A stretch of 64,000 bases of DNA, filler included, from Asterionella formosa (lineage: Eukaryota), in NCBI GenBank assembly GCA_002256025.1. It is 14 parts of 14 records of this genome, joined end to end, with 100 filler letters (N's around TTAATTAATTAA, not from the genome) between each part and the next. Parts side by side here need not be neighbours in the genome. Positions count along the whole stretch, not along the records: positions 37,749 to 54,770 come from NKIB01004618.1; positions 54,871 to 55,930 come from NKIB01004619.1; positions 56,031 to 57,089 come from NKIB01004621.1; positions 57,190 to 58,248 come from NKIB01004622.1; positions 58,349 to 59,407 come from NKIB01004623.1; positions 59,508 to 60,566 come from NKIB01004624.1; positions 60,667 to 61,724 come from NKIB01004626.1; 7 more parts are not named here. One strand, 5' to 3'. Shown piece by piece: positions 48,362-60,667 of this stretch. The notes beneath the pieces are model-generated. The model made no database searches, was not told the DNA's origin, and was given only the letters and a program-made list of their open reading frames with translations. Every line of letters starts with the position of its first letter. The stretch's first letter is position 1. The translations under genes were made by a program, and so were the position numbers.

Positions 48362-49627
48362 TTATAATTCATTTCCACATGACCAACAAAACAATGCATC
48401 AGACCAATGAAATGTTGCTCCACAAGTAGGACATGGGTTCCTTGTGTCCAACATGCCATCTCGAGGGATTCCATCTCCTGGTTGGGAAATGGAAGAAGTG
48501 GTAGAGCTTTTTTGTGCTATTTTTTGTCTTTGTTGTTGCTTTTGCTTGTCAAAGTCTATCAAGGCTTCCACTAAACTTGCTGCTTGAGCTGGAATGACAG
48601 CCACACCTGCCATAACGCTTGCTGATACGACAAATTTCCCTTGTGCCGTAATTGGTGTCACGTCACCAAAGCCAACGGTTGTAAGTGTCGTAATTCCAAA
48701 ATAGAGTGCCGTAAAATAATCCGGAATTTCTGGATTCACACGATGTTCGGCTGTATAAATCAATCCCGTGGACACCGACAATAATGTAAACAGAGAGAGT
48801 AGTATCCGAGCCAACTGCAATTGATAGACTTGCACTTCTCTAACTCGCAATCCAAGTGCAGTTTGGAAGCTGGCAAAGGTTTCCAAATCCTGCAGGACTC
48901 GTTGTAGACGTAATATTCGAAGCAATCTTAAATTGACCAATGCCGATTGTCCCACCAACCATGATGGGATGAATTGCCCAACCAGATCTGAGGCAGGACC
49001 GTGTTGAAGAAAAATTAAAGTGACAGGAAGAACCACTACGAAAATGTCCACCAAAACCAAGGGCCTTGTGAGGTAGTTGGGTTCCTTATCGAATCTAGAA
49101 TACCAACGCAAGATAAACTCGACGAAAAAGAGGTAGGCAATGGCATCCTCTATTGACGTGAGCTCACGAAGGACATGCACTTCGAGCGATGGGATGGTCG
49201 TTACAGCTACCAAAATAGAAGACAAGACAACCAAACCCCCACTGGCAACTTCCACAATGGGCGCTTTGATATAGGAATCAATGAAATGTGCTCCAGGGAG
49301 AGGAGGAAATGAAGATTTCTTCGTTTGCATTAATATCGAGTCCTGCGAATCCTTCAACTCCATGACGGTGTCATTCGTCTCAAACTTGGATATAGTCAGT
49401 AAGAGCTCCTCGTCACTCATGCTTGGCAGCGAGAAGGCCCCACTGCTGGTCGTGTTTTCCAATGGATCTCGTGCAGCATTTCGTACTAGCGTGAATGATG
49501 ATCGACCACTTACAAGGAATGGCCTAGTAGTACGACTTCGGCTCCGACATGGGAACGATGACGCTGGAGAAAACGCTAGTATTGCGGCTGTCACTGTCAA
49601 CAACAGCCAGGATGGAATCAGAGCCAT
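48362..49627 (-). CDS. Voltage-gated-type K+ channel with bipartite plastid signal and C-terminal zinc ribbon
   Basis: Filter TTVGFGD, S4 LRLLRILRLQRVL, signal ...PASS-FP, CPTC...CWSCG. Confidence 0.9.
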   Translation of the reverse strand: MALIPSWLLLTVTAAILAFSPASSFPCRSRSRTTRPFLVSGRSSFTLVRNAARDPLENTTSSGAFSLPSMSDEELLLTISKFETNDTVMELKDSQDSILMQTKKSSFPPLPGAHFIDSYIKAPIVEVASGGLVVLSSILVAVTTIPSLEVHVLRELTSIEDAIAYLFFVEFILRWYSRFDKEPNYLTRPLVLVDIFVVVLPVTLIFLQHGPASDLVGQFIPSWLVGQSALVNLRLLRILRLQRVLQDLETFASFQTALGLRVREVQVYQLQLARILLSLFTLLSVSTGLIYTAEHRVNPEIPDYFTALYFGITTLTTVGFGDVTPITAQGKFVVSASVMAGVAVIPAQAASLVEALIDFDKQKQQQRQKIAQKSSTTSSISQPGDGIPRDGMLDTRNPCPTCGATFHWSDALFCWSCGNEL

Positions 49628-50617
49628 TTTATTGCCCTCTGTTTTTGAAATCGTTTGATGGATGTGGAAGCTTTGACGATTCTACTCCGAGTCGCCAAGG
49701 ATCAGCATACGTAGTGTTGACTCAAACCCTGACCTGACGTACCGTAGGCGAAACCAGGAACATCCATATGTACTTAGAGCAGACATCTGGTAGATCGAAA
49801 GAATAGTTCTGATGTTGAGAATCTCTGATATCATTATGGCTGCGTCATGGTCATTACCGGCAATTCGGGGCCGGCTGTAACTAGCGGTATATTCATTGGG
49901 ATGGATGACCGAACCTTTTTTACTTCGTCCAATAGCCAACGGACACGTAAACATAGATGTATTCATTTTATTACCACAGGGAGAAGTCATAAGAGGAGAA
50001 TAACGAAGCTCACAACGGACGAAGAGAACATCGCCTGATTCTTTGTTTCCATGATACGCACTACAAACCACTACCGGTATATGGGTAAGCAATTTGACTA
50101 CGACCGGTATATAACTGGTAAAGAACCAGGTCTCCCTATTAGAACCAAGACTGACGACTCCGTAGCGCAGTCATTAGTTGATAACCTACAAAAGTCGATA
50201 CTTCGCTCCTTCCTAATGTCTCCTGAAAGAGTCTACAACCGGGTACGTATGCGAACAGAAGGAAACGCGAGCTCGCTCGTTGCAGTACTAATCGTGGAAC
50301 AAGCACGAGGTTATACCAGATTTGTCATACCAGGTATATAGTGTAGGAGCACAGAAACGCAAAGAACACCAGCAGAGACAAAACAAGCAGACAGATACGG
50401 GACCAGGGTACCAGGTAGTATCAGAACCACCGGTACATTACATTTTTTATTTAGAAAGGTATGGGTCATGGCACTTTTGGGGATTGACACACCGGTATGT
50501 ATATGATACCGGTATATCAATATTCCCGGTTACCATGTCATTCTTTTTAGGGAAAGATGCATCACCATTCTTCCCTTTTTTGTTGTTGGTAACAATATAC
50601 TTTACCTTCGTTCGCAT

Positions 50618-52930
50618 GTGACTTCGCTTTTTACAAACATGGTGTTGGAACGAAATGCTACAAATCGACGAAGACGACCATCAGTAGCACCTGAGCGTCC
50701 ATCCGATGCTCCTCCGATAGACTATGGTGGCCGGCATCCCTTTGATGATGCTACGAGTCGACGACGATGGCTAAAAACACAAACGAGGGGACAACAAGAA
50801 TCGCAAGGCAACTCCAGTGAAGTTCTTACTCACAAGCCTATTCGGATTCATTTCGATACATCATTCATCGAAGACTTTTTGAAGGAAACGTTGAGTAAGA
50901 ACGACTACATAACGGCCACACGGGTCTACTTGTTGCTATATTACATCATTCCCAAAACGGTCCAGCTGTGGGAAAATGTCCTAAAGGTCATTCCAGTCCA
51001 AGGCATTGTATATCCACTTACTCTACAGAAATCAACCACATCGAAACTGCCCCATTGTCCAGCAAACAAAACAGCTGGCATTCCACAAACGGGGGTTGAT
51101 CTATGGATGTACGCCACGCTCAATCAGTATCGCTGCAATTCGTCGGGGACGGAAGCAGGTACATCTAGGGTTACAGTTTTTGGTTCCGTCGCATCCTCGA
51201 CTTCCTGTGAACGGGATCAATTTGATCGGCCCATTACAGGATCTATTGATGTTTGCTTGGAACGCATGGGTCAATTCATACCAATAGGCAACAGTACCGA
51301 CGTTATTGCGAACCTAACATCCATGATGGATACCACCAACACAACCGTCATGCCTCCACCACTGACAAGCGACGATCCGAATTATGATGTGATTAAGAAG
51401 ATGATTCGTGTCATAACGCATGAGATGGGACATGTCTTGGGTGTCACGTCCGATAGTCTGCCATTCTTTCGACATGCAGTTACGGGTAAGCCATTGACAC
51501 CACGGCCCTTAATCCTGGAGTCTGTCGAATGTCGTTCCGGAGAAAAACAAGTCGTATTGGGAGCCCCGTCTGAGAAAGTTTTACAAAAAGTGGTTGCTCG
51601 GAATGGATTGTTTCATTATGAAGTTACGTCTCCATTGGTACAACGAGTAGTGCGGAATCACTTTAATTGTCCATCGACTCTTGGCCTACGATTAGAAAAC
51701 CTACCGGCAGCATCGGATGGGTGTTTTGGTAGTCATTTCGATGAACGATTGTATTATTCTGAATTAATGGGAGCCTATCCCAGTCCTATTGGCAGTGTGC
51801 TTTCTCCATTGACACTTGCCTTTCTTGAGGACACGTCGTGGTATCGTGCCAACTACGAATCTCCATTTGTATCCGTAATACCCTTCGGTTACTTGGCTGG
51901 GTGTGACTTTGTTGATGGAAATTGCATCGTCAATGGTGCTGTCCCTGACTATGGTACAGGCAATTTTTGCACGGAAACAATCACACTAACTGAACAGGGA
52001 TTCGTTCAAGAGCAAGCCTTACCGCAAACATGTGATCCAAGTTACCGATACAAGGCCTTTTGCGATTTACGGGATGCCAAACCTGGGGAAGTCATACCTC
52101 CAGCGGTGAAGGAATACTTTGGTGATGTAGGGGCCAAACTACCCTATACCTTTTCTTCTGCAGATTATTGTCCAATCCCGTCGTTGCAAATAACAGACTG
52201 TACCGACCCCACAGCTCGGTTCATTGTGTCCCAAGATCATCTTGACTCTCGTGAACGATTTGGACCAAATTCCAAATGCATTGACGTTACGACTAGAGAC
52301 TATAGCATTTGTTTGGAGGCCTATTGCAATGAAAAATTGATGAAATTGCAATTGGAGGTATTGTATGGTATCAATGTAACATGCTTGTATGATGGTCAAA
52401 TCATAACATTGATCAAAGCCGATGCACGAAATAGGACGGCAACGCCATTTAAAATCAAATGTCCTCGATTGGCTCAAGCTTGTCCTCATTTGATTTGTCC
52501 AAACAATTGTGCTGGTCGTGGAGAGTGCATGTATGACAAGACTACTGGCCACGGGAAATGGCGTTGTTTGGATTTTGGCGATAAGACAGTTGGATGTTAT
52601 GATACACCATTGGAGCATGTATATAGAAGTGTTGAACAGATGGCAATCAGTTCTAACAACAATCAAGCCAATCTGCTCGTCTTTTTGTTGATAATGGGGA
52701 GTGTTTTGGGTATCTTAGTTGCATCTCGTTCTTACTCACGGTACCGTGCGGATAGATTACGACATTCTCTCGAACCAGATGAGCATCGTGGATGGAGGGA
52801 AACATTGTTTGGGAAACGACATGATGACAATAATATTTCAAGTCAAGCAAAGAAAACGAAGGAGATGATGAGATACGTCCATATCGGCGAAAGTGATATG
52901 GAAATGGTTCGATATCGAAATGCAATATAA
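50618..52930 (+). CDS. Leishmanolysin/GP63-like metallopeptidase (M8) with C-terminal TM; 5' end unresolved
   Basis: HEMGHVLG, GSHFDER, SELM, TLAFLEDTSWY, Cys-rich/EGF-like CPNNCAGRGEC. Confidence 0.9.
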   Translation: MTSLFTNMVLERNATNRRRRPSVAPERPSDAPPIDYGGRHPFDDATSRRRWLKTQTRGQQESQGNSSEVLTHKPIRIHFDTSFIEDFLKETLSKNDYITATRVYLLLYYIIPKTVQLWENVLKVIPVQGIVYPLTLQKSTTSKLPHCPANKTAGIPQTGVDLWMYATLNQYRCNSSGTEAGTSRVTVFGSVASSTSCERDQFDRPITGSIDVCLERMGQFIPIGNSTDVIANLTSMMDTTNTTVMPPPLTSDDPNYDVIKKMIRVITHEMGHVLGVTSDSLPFFRHAVTGKPLTPRPLILESVECRSGEKQVVLGAPSEKVLQKVVARNGLFHYEVTSPLVQRVVRNHFNCPSTLGLRLENLPAASDGCFGSHFDERLYYSELMGAYPSPIGSVLSPLTLAFLEDTSWYRANYESPFVSVIPFGYLAGCDFVDGNCIVNGAVPDYGTGNFCTETITLTEQGFVQEQALPQTCDPSYRYKAFCDLRDAKPGEVIPPAVKEYFGDVGAKLPYTFSSADYCPIPSLQITDCTDPTARFIVSQDHLDSRERFGPNSKCIDVTTRDYSICLEAYCNEKLMKLQLEVLYGINVTCLYDGQIITLIKADARNRTATPFKIKCPRLAQACPHLICPNNCAGRGECMYDKTTGHGKWRCLDFGDKTVGCYDTPLEHVYRSVEQMAISSNNNQANLLVFLLIMGSVLGILVASRSYSRYRADRLRHSLEPDEHRGWRETLFGKRHDDNNISSQAKKTKEMMRYVHIGESDMEMVRYRNAI

Positions 52931-53200
52931 TGATTTGATTCGCGAATGGTAACACGAACATCGTTTTTACGTGTAAAATGACTTTTTTAAACAACAAATA
53001 GGCAAGCAATGGGGAAACATATCGAACCTCTATATTCTCGAATCAATCTATAGGTATAGTCTACTACACTCAACTGGTAGGATCTTTGGTTTAAGCAAAA
53101 TTCCCGGTGTCGTAGTTCGCCTTTTTTGCCCTTTTGCTGCACTGCACTGCATTGCACTGCTATAAGAATATTTTTCGCATTGTGCGTGTGTGTATTGTTG

Positions 53201-54763
53201 TTACTGCTTTGGTCCACCACTTCGTTTGCTCATAATGATTTGATCCACTCTCAATACAGTCAATGCCGCATCAACTGCCAATTGTATGGCACTCAGTTTC
53301 GTTTGATACAAATCCAAAACTTGAGTTGTATGAACGCCTTCTCCTTCTAAATCAACTCCCGACTGTCGATCGTTTGCTTTGGCCAATTCCGCCAAAATAG
53401 CATTCGCGTCCAATCCTGCTGTATCCGCCAACATGCGAGGTACAATCTTGAGTGCCGTCCCAAATGCCCGAATAGCATATTGATCCAATCCTGGACTCAA
53501 ATCCGCATGTGATGAAATGGCCTGCGCCAGGGTAAATTCCGTGGCGCCAGCTCCGTAGACACAACGTCCATCCCGACACGCCACTTGCAGAGCATGCACC
53601 CCATCATCGACAGCCCGTTCAAGATCTTGCAGCATCGATGTAGTGGATGCTTTAAGGACAATGGTTGCGAGTTTTGTGTTGCTTGGATTGGTCAACACAG
53701 TCAGAACCCTCCCTCCCATGGTAGTCTGTTGTATGGTGTGACATTCCCCCATTTCGTCTGGTGTTGGTGCCCCCAATCGTACTAGGGCCGTCGCGCCAGT
53801 GGCTTGGCACAAGCGTCTAAGTTCCCATTTGGATCCAAGTTTCAAGCAAAGTAATTCGTATCTGTCAATGAAATGCAGTGCCATTTCCGACACGGTTCCT
53901 CCCGTGACGAGAAGCTTTACGCCCGATTCCGCAATGCCTTGAATGATCTCTTCCATCTTAGTTTCTTCCGACTTGTTGTACGAGAGCAAGTCCTTCGCGT
54001 TCTTCATTAGGACCGTCCCCTTTGCTTCTGTCGAGGACGCTTCAATGCCGCAGGAAAAGACCACGACCTTAGCGTTGGTGGCTTCCGTGAGCAAACTCTC
54101 CAGTCCCCTCGTGGCCACATATCCCGGAATCATGGTGGACGTCGAGACCGCGCCTCCCAGCAACTTGACAGTCCTTACAGCTTCCGGCGCCACATGTCCC
54201 TGGTTATCCATGACGGCAAGTCCTGCCTGCACCACCAGCGGCGCCAAGTCCAAGTGCGATCCGTAGTGCTTGGCAGCCAAGACAGGCTCCACCACTCGGA
54301 CCAAGTCGTCCCTCGTCACCGTTGCACACACGAGCCCCTCCAAGTACTCTCTCAAGTACTCGTACGCTGCCTGATATCCCACAATGACTTCTGATGTATG
54401 CAGGCCCATCGTCATGAGTGCCAACGACTGCCGCAGCAACTCTCCCGCCAACGTGACGACCAAGTTCGTCCCATCCCCACATTCCTTGTCTTGGCGCTTG
54501 GCTGCCAATTCCAACAGTTTGGCAGCGGGGTGCTCTACTTCCAATTCTCCTAAAATAAAGGCGCAATCGCTGGTGACTGACATTTTCTCCAAATGGTTGA
54601 CCAGCAATTTGTGTCGACCAAAGGGACCCATGGACGTGTGCACGACGGACGCCAATTCCACCGCGGCTTCAATGTTCCGAACGACCGCGTCGTCCCAATG
54701 CTTGTGCCCGTCCTTGAGCATCCCACCCAGTCCAGCGGCGGAGTTGTATGACATGGATGACAT
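53201..54763 (-). CDS. CCT8: T-complex protein 1 subunit theta
   Basis: GMLKDGHKH, AVVRNIEA, GDGTN, TEAKGTVL, SKWELRRLC, RVDQIIMSK. Confidence 0.95.
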   Translation of the reverse strand: MSSMSYNSAAGLGGMLKDGHKHWDDAVVRNIEAAVELASVVHTSMGPFGRHKLLVNHLEKMSVTSDCAFILGELEVEHPAAKLLELAAKRQDKECGDGTNLVVTLAGELLRQSLALMTMGLHTSEVIVGYQAAYEYLREYLEGLVCATVTRDDLVRVVEPVLAAKHYGSHLDLAPLVVQAGLAVMDNQGHVAPEAVRTVKLLGGAVSTSTMIPGYVATRGLESLLTEATNAKVVVFSCGIEASSTEAKGTVLMKNAKDLLSYNKSEETKMEEIIQGIAESGVKLLVTGGTVSEMALHFIDRYELLCLKLGSKWELRRLCQATGATALVRLGAPTPDEMGECHTIQQTTMGGRVLTVLTNPSNTKLATIVLKASTTSMLQDLERAVDDGVHALQVACRDGRCVYGAGATEFTLAQAISSHADLSPGLDQYAIRAFGTALKIVPRMLADTAGLDANAILAELAKANDRQSGVDLEGEGVHTTQVLDLYQTKLSAIQLAVDAALTVLRVDQIIMSKRSGGPKQ

Positions 54764-54870
54764 GGTGTAGNNNNNNNNNNNNNNNNNNNNNNNNNNNNNN
54801 NNNNNNNNNNNNNNTTAATTAATTAANNNNNNNNNNNNNNNNNNNNNNNNNNNNNNNNNNNNNNNNNNNN

Positions 54871-55930
54871 GGCCCTGAAGTGTCCACGAAAATCCGTTCA
54901 CCGGGTAGTACAGCCTGTACAGTCGACACTTTTGAAACTGCCTTTGCTTTCGCCTTTGCCTTAGAGCATCCGTCACATGACCGGAGGGTACCAGTAAGTT
55001 CTATCTTCAGTGCTTTGAACGTAGCACGTAGTGCGGCTTCCCCAATATGCCCGTAGATATCGTGTGCCTCGTTGATATCCTGTGACTTCATTTTGTCCTC
55101 CCCACTCATAACTGTATGGGTGTTTGTGGACAAGTTTTTGGTACTATCGGCACCCTGGGGCAATGGGGCAATAACCATGGATACGACATCGGCATAACTC
55201 GCGCGACTTCCTTTAAAATAATAGAGAACTCCATTGGTCTCTCTGTTAAATGAAATATGTCCTCCACGACCTTTCTTAACGGTCATAGTAGACCCTGTGA
55301 CTGAAAGGTCAAAACCGTCGCGGATTAGGACGCCCAAACTGACGATGTTCTTGTGAAACTTAGGCGTGTACAGGACATCCTTCAATGTCATAGTCTTCTC
55401 TCCGTTGGTGAGCTTGATGTCACCGCGTTTTGTGCATTTAATTTCCGAGCCATCGCCGACGACAACTGTGACACTGACTGGGCGTACATTTGTCATACCG
55501 ACGTCACTCATCGTGATATGGGCGGTAGCTCCAGTATCAGCGAGCCAATTCTCCTGTGGGGCAATAGAGCGAGGAGCAACAGCAGAGGCACAAAACTCTT
55601 TATTATTAAATTTTACATCACAATCATCAATAATTTCCTCGCAAATACCGACAAAAGTCCACTCTTTATCGTCGTTCTCGTTGTACTTGTCATTCATATC
55701 TTGTTTCTTTTCGTTTGCTTCGATGTCTTCGTAGTCAATTGCACACATGCCAACAAACATGCCGGTCTCTTTCGTTGTAGTACGTTCTCGTTTGGGTTCA
55801 GGGCAATCTTTTGCGATATGTCCCGCATGCTTGTTGCAATTGAAACACTTGACGCCTTTCGGAGGAGGCCTGTTTCCGTCGCCGTGTGTCTTGTTCTTGA
55901 CTCGACAATCGGCTGCCTTGTGTCCTTGCT
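54871..55930 (-). mobile_element. Ty1/Copia gag-pol fragment (zinc knuckle, protease, pre-integrase)
   Basis: CFNCNKHAGHIAKDC, WLADTGATAH, HDIYGH...CDGC, ERIFVD. Confidence 0.92.
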
Positions 55931-57325
55931 NNNNNNNNNNNNNNNNNNNNNNNNNNNNNNNNNNNNNNNNNNNNTTAATTAATTAANNNNNNNNNNNNNN
56001 NNNNNNNNNNNNNNNNNNNNNNNNNNNNNNCTGCAAAGGACTTTTTATACATGGGAGGACCCCTTCAATTTCTTCTTTTCCTTTCTACAACTGCGATCGT
56101 TGCTACAGCATTGCCTTGGTGGCTCGCATGGTTTGTGACGTCGGCTATGTTTATTGTAGCCTGTGCTATTCGTCTGTCAAATGGTGCCATCAAATCTTTT
56201 TTCTTCAAGGAAAATATTGAAAAAGATACCCCTTAGTGAGGAGGCAAAGAGGAACCCATTGACAACTTAGGGTCACTTTAGTGATCACTACAACAAGGAG
56301 CATCATTTAGCAATTTGTTTTTATGTGTTTTAACATTAATCATTTGGTTTAAGCCGTTGAGAAGCACATTAGCAGCTATGATCATACTACCACTTAATTA
56401 GTTTTGGTATCCATGATTGTTCAGGGTTTGTCTAAATTGGCTTCACAGAGTAATTCATTACTGTGTTACCAATTGAATCACCTGCTGCTACTAGCAATGC
56501 TCTCCTCAATGCCACTTCCATTGTTTCATAGCCGGTACTACCGCACCATTACGAAATTAGCGTGCGCTTGCCATTCTTCATTCAATCTTTCCCTTAGTTA
56601 TTCCTTTTGTTTCCAAAAATGCCTTTGCCCTTTGGCGATCCATTCATTTCCCCTTGATTGTTCAAAAGTGATTTCAACTACACCTTGCCTCCTTTCATCT
56701 CACTTTCCTAGATTCTTCAGAGCACCATTGCTTCATTGTGGCTGCTGCCATAGGTCCCTTCTTGCTCTTTGCCGTGTTACATTCCAATATTGAAATGTGG
56801 AGTCATTGGTGGATGAGCCTGCCATATGTCAAGTTGATCTAGTTGGGCATTGGCAAGGTCTACATGAACTGGCATGGGCTCCATAGTACAGGTTGAGATA
56901 TTTGTTTCATCCATATTGGACCACATAGAGACGCAGGAGATCCTTGTATGAAAACAATTGACAACATAGTGATTTTTAATCAACAACTATTTCCATGAAA
57001 GTTCCGCTCAAATTGCTCAATGTACTTTCATCAAAAGGAGAACCATAATTGTTACATAATCCATTTGTACAATGTATGGAATAAGTGTANNNNNNNNNNN
57101 NNNNNNNNNNNNNNNNNNNNNNNNNNNNNNNNNTTAATTAATTAANNNNNNNNNNNNNNNNNNNNNNNNNNNNNNNNNNNNNNNNNNNNAGGCGTCTCTT
57201 AGAATCTCCATACTATCTGCAGCAGCATATACATCTTGTTCGCTGAGCCCTCCGAAAGCGCTTTCGTCATCAAAAGGATTACTCCTGAAGTTTCTACCTT
57301 GCCTATTGAGAACAGGCTTCTTCGC

Positions 57326-57406
57326 ATGATTATGTTAAAATAATACAATGATAATAAAATACGATAAAATATGTACGCAAGTGTTACCAAGACATCATAG
57401 AATATA
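57326..57406. repeat. Dispersed AT-rich repeat, inverted copy of 61080-61160
   Basis: TAACACTTGCGTACATATTTT(T)ATCGTATTTTATT shared between two contigs. Confidence 0.75.
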
Positions 57407-57438
57407 CATCCATGCTACTACATTCTGTATCGCTAGAA

Positions 57439-57468
57439 TACCGGTACCTGGTACCAGGTACCAGGGTA
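57439..57468. repeat. Stack TA-CCGG-TA-CCTGG-TA-CCAGG-TA-CCAGGG-TA
   Basis: Read directly. Similar stack at 58707-58729. Confidence 0.9.
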
Positions 57469-59114
57469 GCTTGTAGTGTACCTTTGTACACAGTGCTAGT
57501 TGACTGCTAGTACACTAGCTTTCACTACGGTCTTAAAAGGTTGCACTGGGGGTTGAATTTTTTGCATGTACCACCCTGGTACCTACTTGTGCCAGGGTAC
57601 ATACCTGGGACCTGGGAGTGCCAGGTAGTCTAAATGGTATCAGGTAACAGGTACCAGTACCGAAGTGCGCTGCACACCCTGAACTTACACGCTTACTGAC
57701 AGAAAGAACGTATCATTATAAACAGTGCCTGTATACATGTGAACTTTAAACAATAAATATAGAAACGTTCATGAACATATGTAACGGTACCGGTAGATAG
57801 TTCAATTGGTAGGGGCATACCGGTATGTACTTCCAACCGCTACAGCCACAAATCGTTGACAAGACTAATACCGGTAATTAGATGAATGATAGTACCAGGT
57901 ACATAAAAAATGATTAATTCTTATTACCGGGATTGAACATACCCATTAGGAAGAACGGAGTACCTGGTGAGCAATCCTGCACATCGATACAGATATATAT
58001 AGAGTTGGGGTTATGTCAAATATATCGGAATTCAATAATGAGAGAACTCGACTAACACCCATTCTATACTTTGATGTCAGTTCAGGAAATGAGTTATACA
58101 TAAGGATTAATTAATAAGCTCATATATTCAACAAATACTACTACTTCTAGTTAGATACTTCACTTTGAATTCAAAAAGAGTCGAATTAGAAGACAACAAA
58201 CATGGCAATGTATTCAAGGGTTCCTGTGATTCCTTTGATCAAAGACTANNNNNNNNNNNNNNNNNNNNNNNNNNNNNNNNNNNNNNNNNNNNTTAATTAA
58301 TTAANNNNNNNNNNNNNNNNNNNNNNNNNNNNNNNNNNNNNNNNNNNNTAGCCTCGTCTACAACATACCACCGCCATGGAAACTAATTTCCACATGAAAG
58401 GAATTTGACACTGTGTCTCAGTCTCCCAACGACGACAACTGGCTCCTGCCTGGGTTGAGGAGCAGAGCACCAGCACCGGTTCAATCTCAGCGAACTTGAG
58501 GGCGGCAGCTCGCTCTCTTACATGTGCTAGCCTACACATGTACCGGAAGTACATAAGTAATGGTAGGAAAAATTGAATATCCTACTGGTATGTATTTTAC
58601 AGTTTTTATAAATACCGGTAGCTATCCTGAGAAATAGATCGGCACATACATGGTACCAGGTAACTGCCAGTCTACCAGGTACCACAAACAACATACAGTA
58701 TACCGCTACCAGGTACCAGGTACCTGGTAAATCCAGAAGGAGTATCATCGCTTCCGTTAAGGAGGAATGTAACCCATACAAGTACATACATAGAGGATGA
58801 CAAGGGTGTGCGGGCTAATACAACCGTTGAAACGAAAAGTATTTAGGGAAATACGATGTACCACAAAGGAGTTGGCGAATATCGAAAGCATTTGACGATG
58901 GATAATTTGTAAATGTCAGACTTAAGTAGGTCGAATATATCGAAAGTTCAGCGACAATCGCTTCTACAGCGTTGTATATGAATTCTTTTATTAGATAGCC
59001 CGCCGCGACGACCAGCGATGCTGTCCTCATTGTATGATATAAAATACAATGAAAAATGCAAAAACCACAATTCGATTATCATTTTAATGCGAAAACTAAT
59101 CCTTCGCTGCAACC

Positions 59115-59407
59115 ATGATGAGGTTTGCTGCAACTCCTTTTTTCATCGCGATCTTCTTCCAGTCAGCGATTGCCTTTCAAACAGGTGCTGGTAGCTGCAA
59201 TGAAGGAAATAACGCAGTTCAATCTCCACATACGACTAGAGGAACAGTCTTTAATGCTTCCCTTGCCTTTGGTGGTTTCTCGGTCTCCCTATATAACATA
59301 GAAACTGGAAGCATCCAGCTGGTTCCAGATACTGTTTCCACTTTCCCCGCAACCATCAACACCGCCTTGACCATCACTGCTAATATCAAGACATTTAAGG
59401 GATTCCT
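59115..59407 (+). CDS. Secreted protein N-terminus, possibly Reeler-like; partial
   Basis: Signal peptide, GAGSC...AV..PH ... FKGF; cut by the contig end. Confidence 0.55.
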
Positions 59408-59507
59408 NNNNNNNNNNNNNNNNNNNNNNNNNNNNNNNNNNNNNNNNNNNNTTAATTAATTAANNNNNNNNNNNNNNNNNNNNNNNNNNNNNNNNNNNNN
59501 NNNNNNN

Positions 59508-60566
59508 ACATGACATCTGACAATGTATATGCTGCATCACCAACAAGATAAAAACCAGAATCAAATAATGCAGTTTTGTTGGGTAGAGCAGTTCTCTCAA
59601 ATGCAACTTGATCACTGCATCGTCCAGGAGCAATCACCCCAAAAAATATAAATCTACTCTCAACATCACAGATAGCCTGAACATTGAAACCATAAGTCAT
59701 GTAATGTCCAGAATAAAAAGCTCCTGGATTGTTTCCACAGTCACGTAGCGTGGGGCGACTAATTGTGGCTAAAAACATCAATAGCACCAACACACCCTCT
59801 GATCAACCCTTCTGTGCTCTTTTGTTCAAAGGCTATAGCCAATTTCACCAAATCACTCCTTGTTTTGGGAAATATAATTTTCAGATAATCACAGTTAAGC
59901 ACAGCTTCAAGAAATAAATCTCGGCATCTATAGATTGAAGCTATGCTACATGATCCATAGGCATGACGAATGTCAATGTAGCTGCCTCCAGCCAACCATC
60001 GAATGCCAATGGCCAGCACAATTTCTGGGTAAATGGGAGTAGCTGTACCGCACTTGGAGAAATTTCCAATGACATCACTCTCCAGTAAGTAAACCAACTT
60101 CTTAAAGGCTCGAAGGGACATTCTATAAGTCTTTTCAAAAGCGTCCTCATGACACAGCTTCTTGACATGAGAATGCCATGACATTCTCTCATGCTCCCAT
60201 TTCGCCATCCTCTTTTTAACTTTCGTTTCAGCCTCCAGAGCCAGATGACAAAGGATAAAGAATTGATCATGGTCATCGTAATCAAAGAATTGATGGTTGT
60301 TTTCATTATCAAAAAATTGATTACTGATGATGTCATTACCATCGTTGATATTCACGGCACCTTCTTCAGTCCAATGTTGATCCACTTGTTCGTCATTGTG
60401 CACTGACAATGATGACATGGTGCTGATTGCTTGTAAACCTGAAAGGGGATGATGGCAAGCGGAAGTGTAAGAAGAAGTGTATAGAGGATCTTGCATGTCT
60501 GTGTTGACTCATGGCAAATCAAGAATTAAGCAGGTATGTCAGCTATATATTCCATACTGCTACATA
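59508..60566 (-). mobile_element. PIF/Harbinger transposase (DDE_Tnp_4-like), frameshifted, partial
   Basis: YRMS, IRWLAGGSY, CVGAID, NVQAICD, PGRCSD, LVGDAAY. Frameshift just after GAID at about 59775. Confidence 0.92.
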
Positions 60567-60667
60567 NNNNNNNNNNNNNNNNNNNNNNNNNNNNNNNNNN
60601 NNNNNNNNNNTTAATTAATTAANNNNNNNNNNNNNNNNNNNNNNNNNNNNNNNNNNNNNNNNNNNNC

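Noticed and set aside
56031..57089. Possible decayed transposon ORF on the minus strand
   Set aside because: Coding-like but too disrupted to assign a family.
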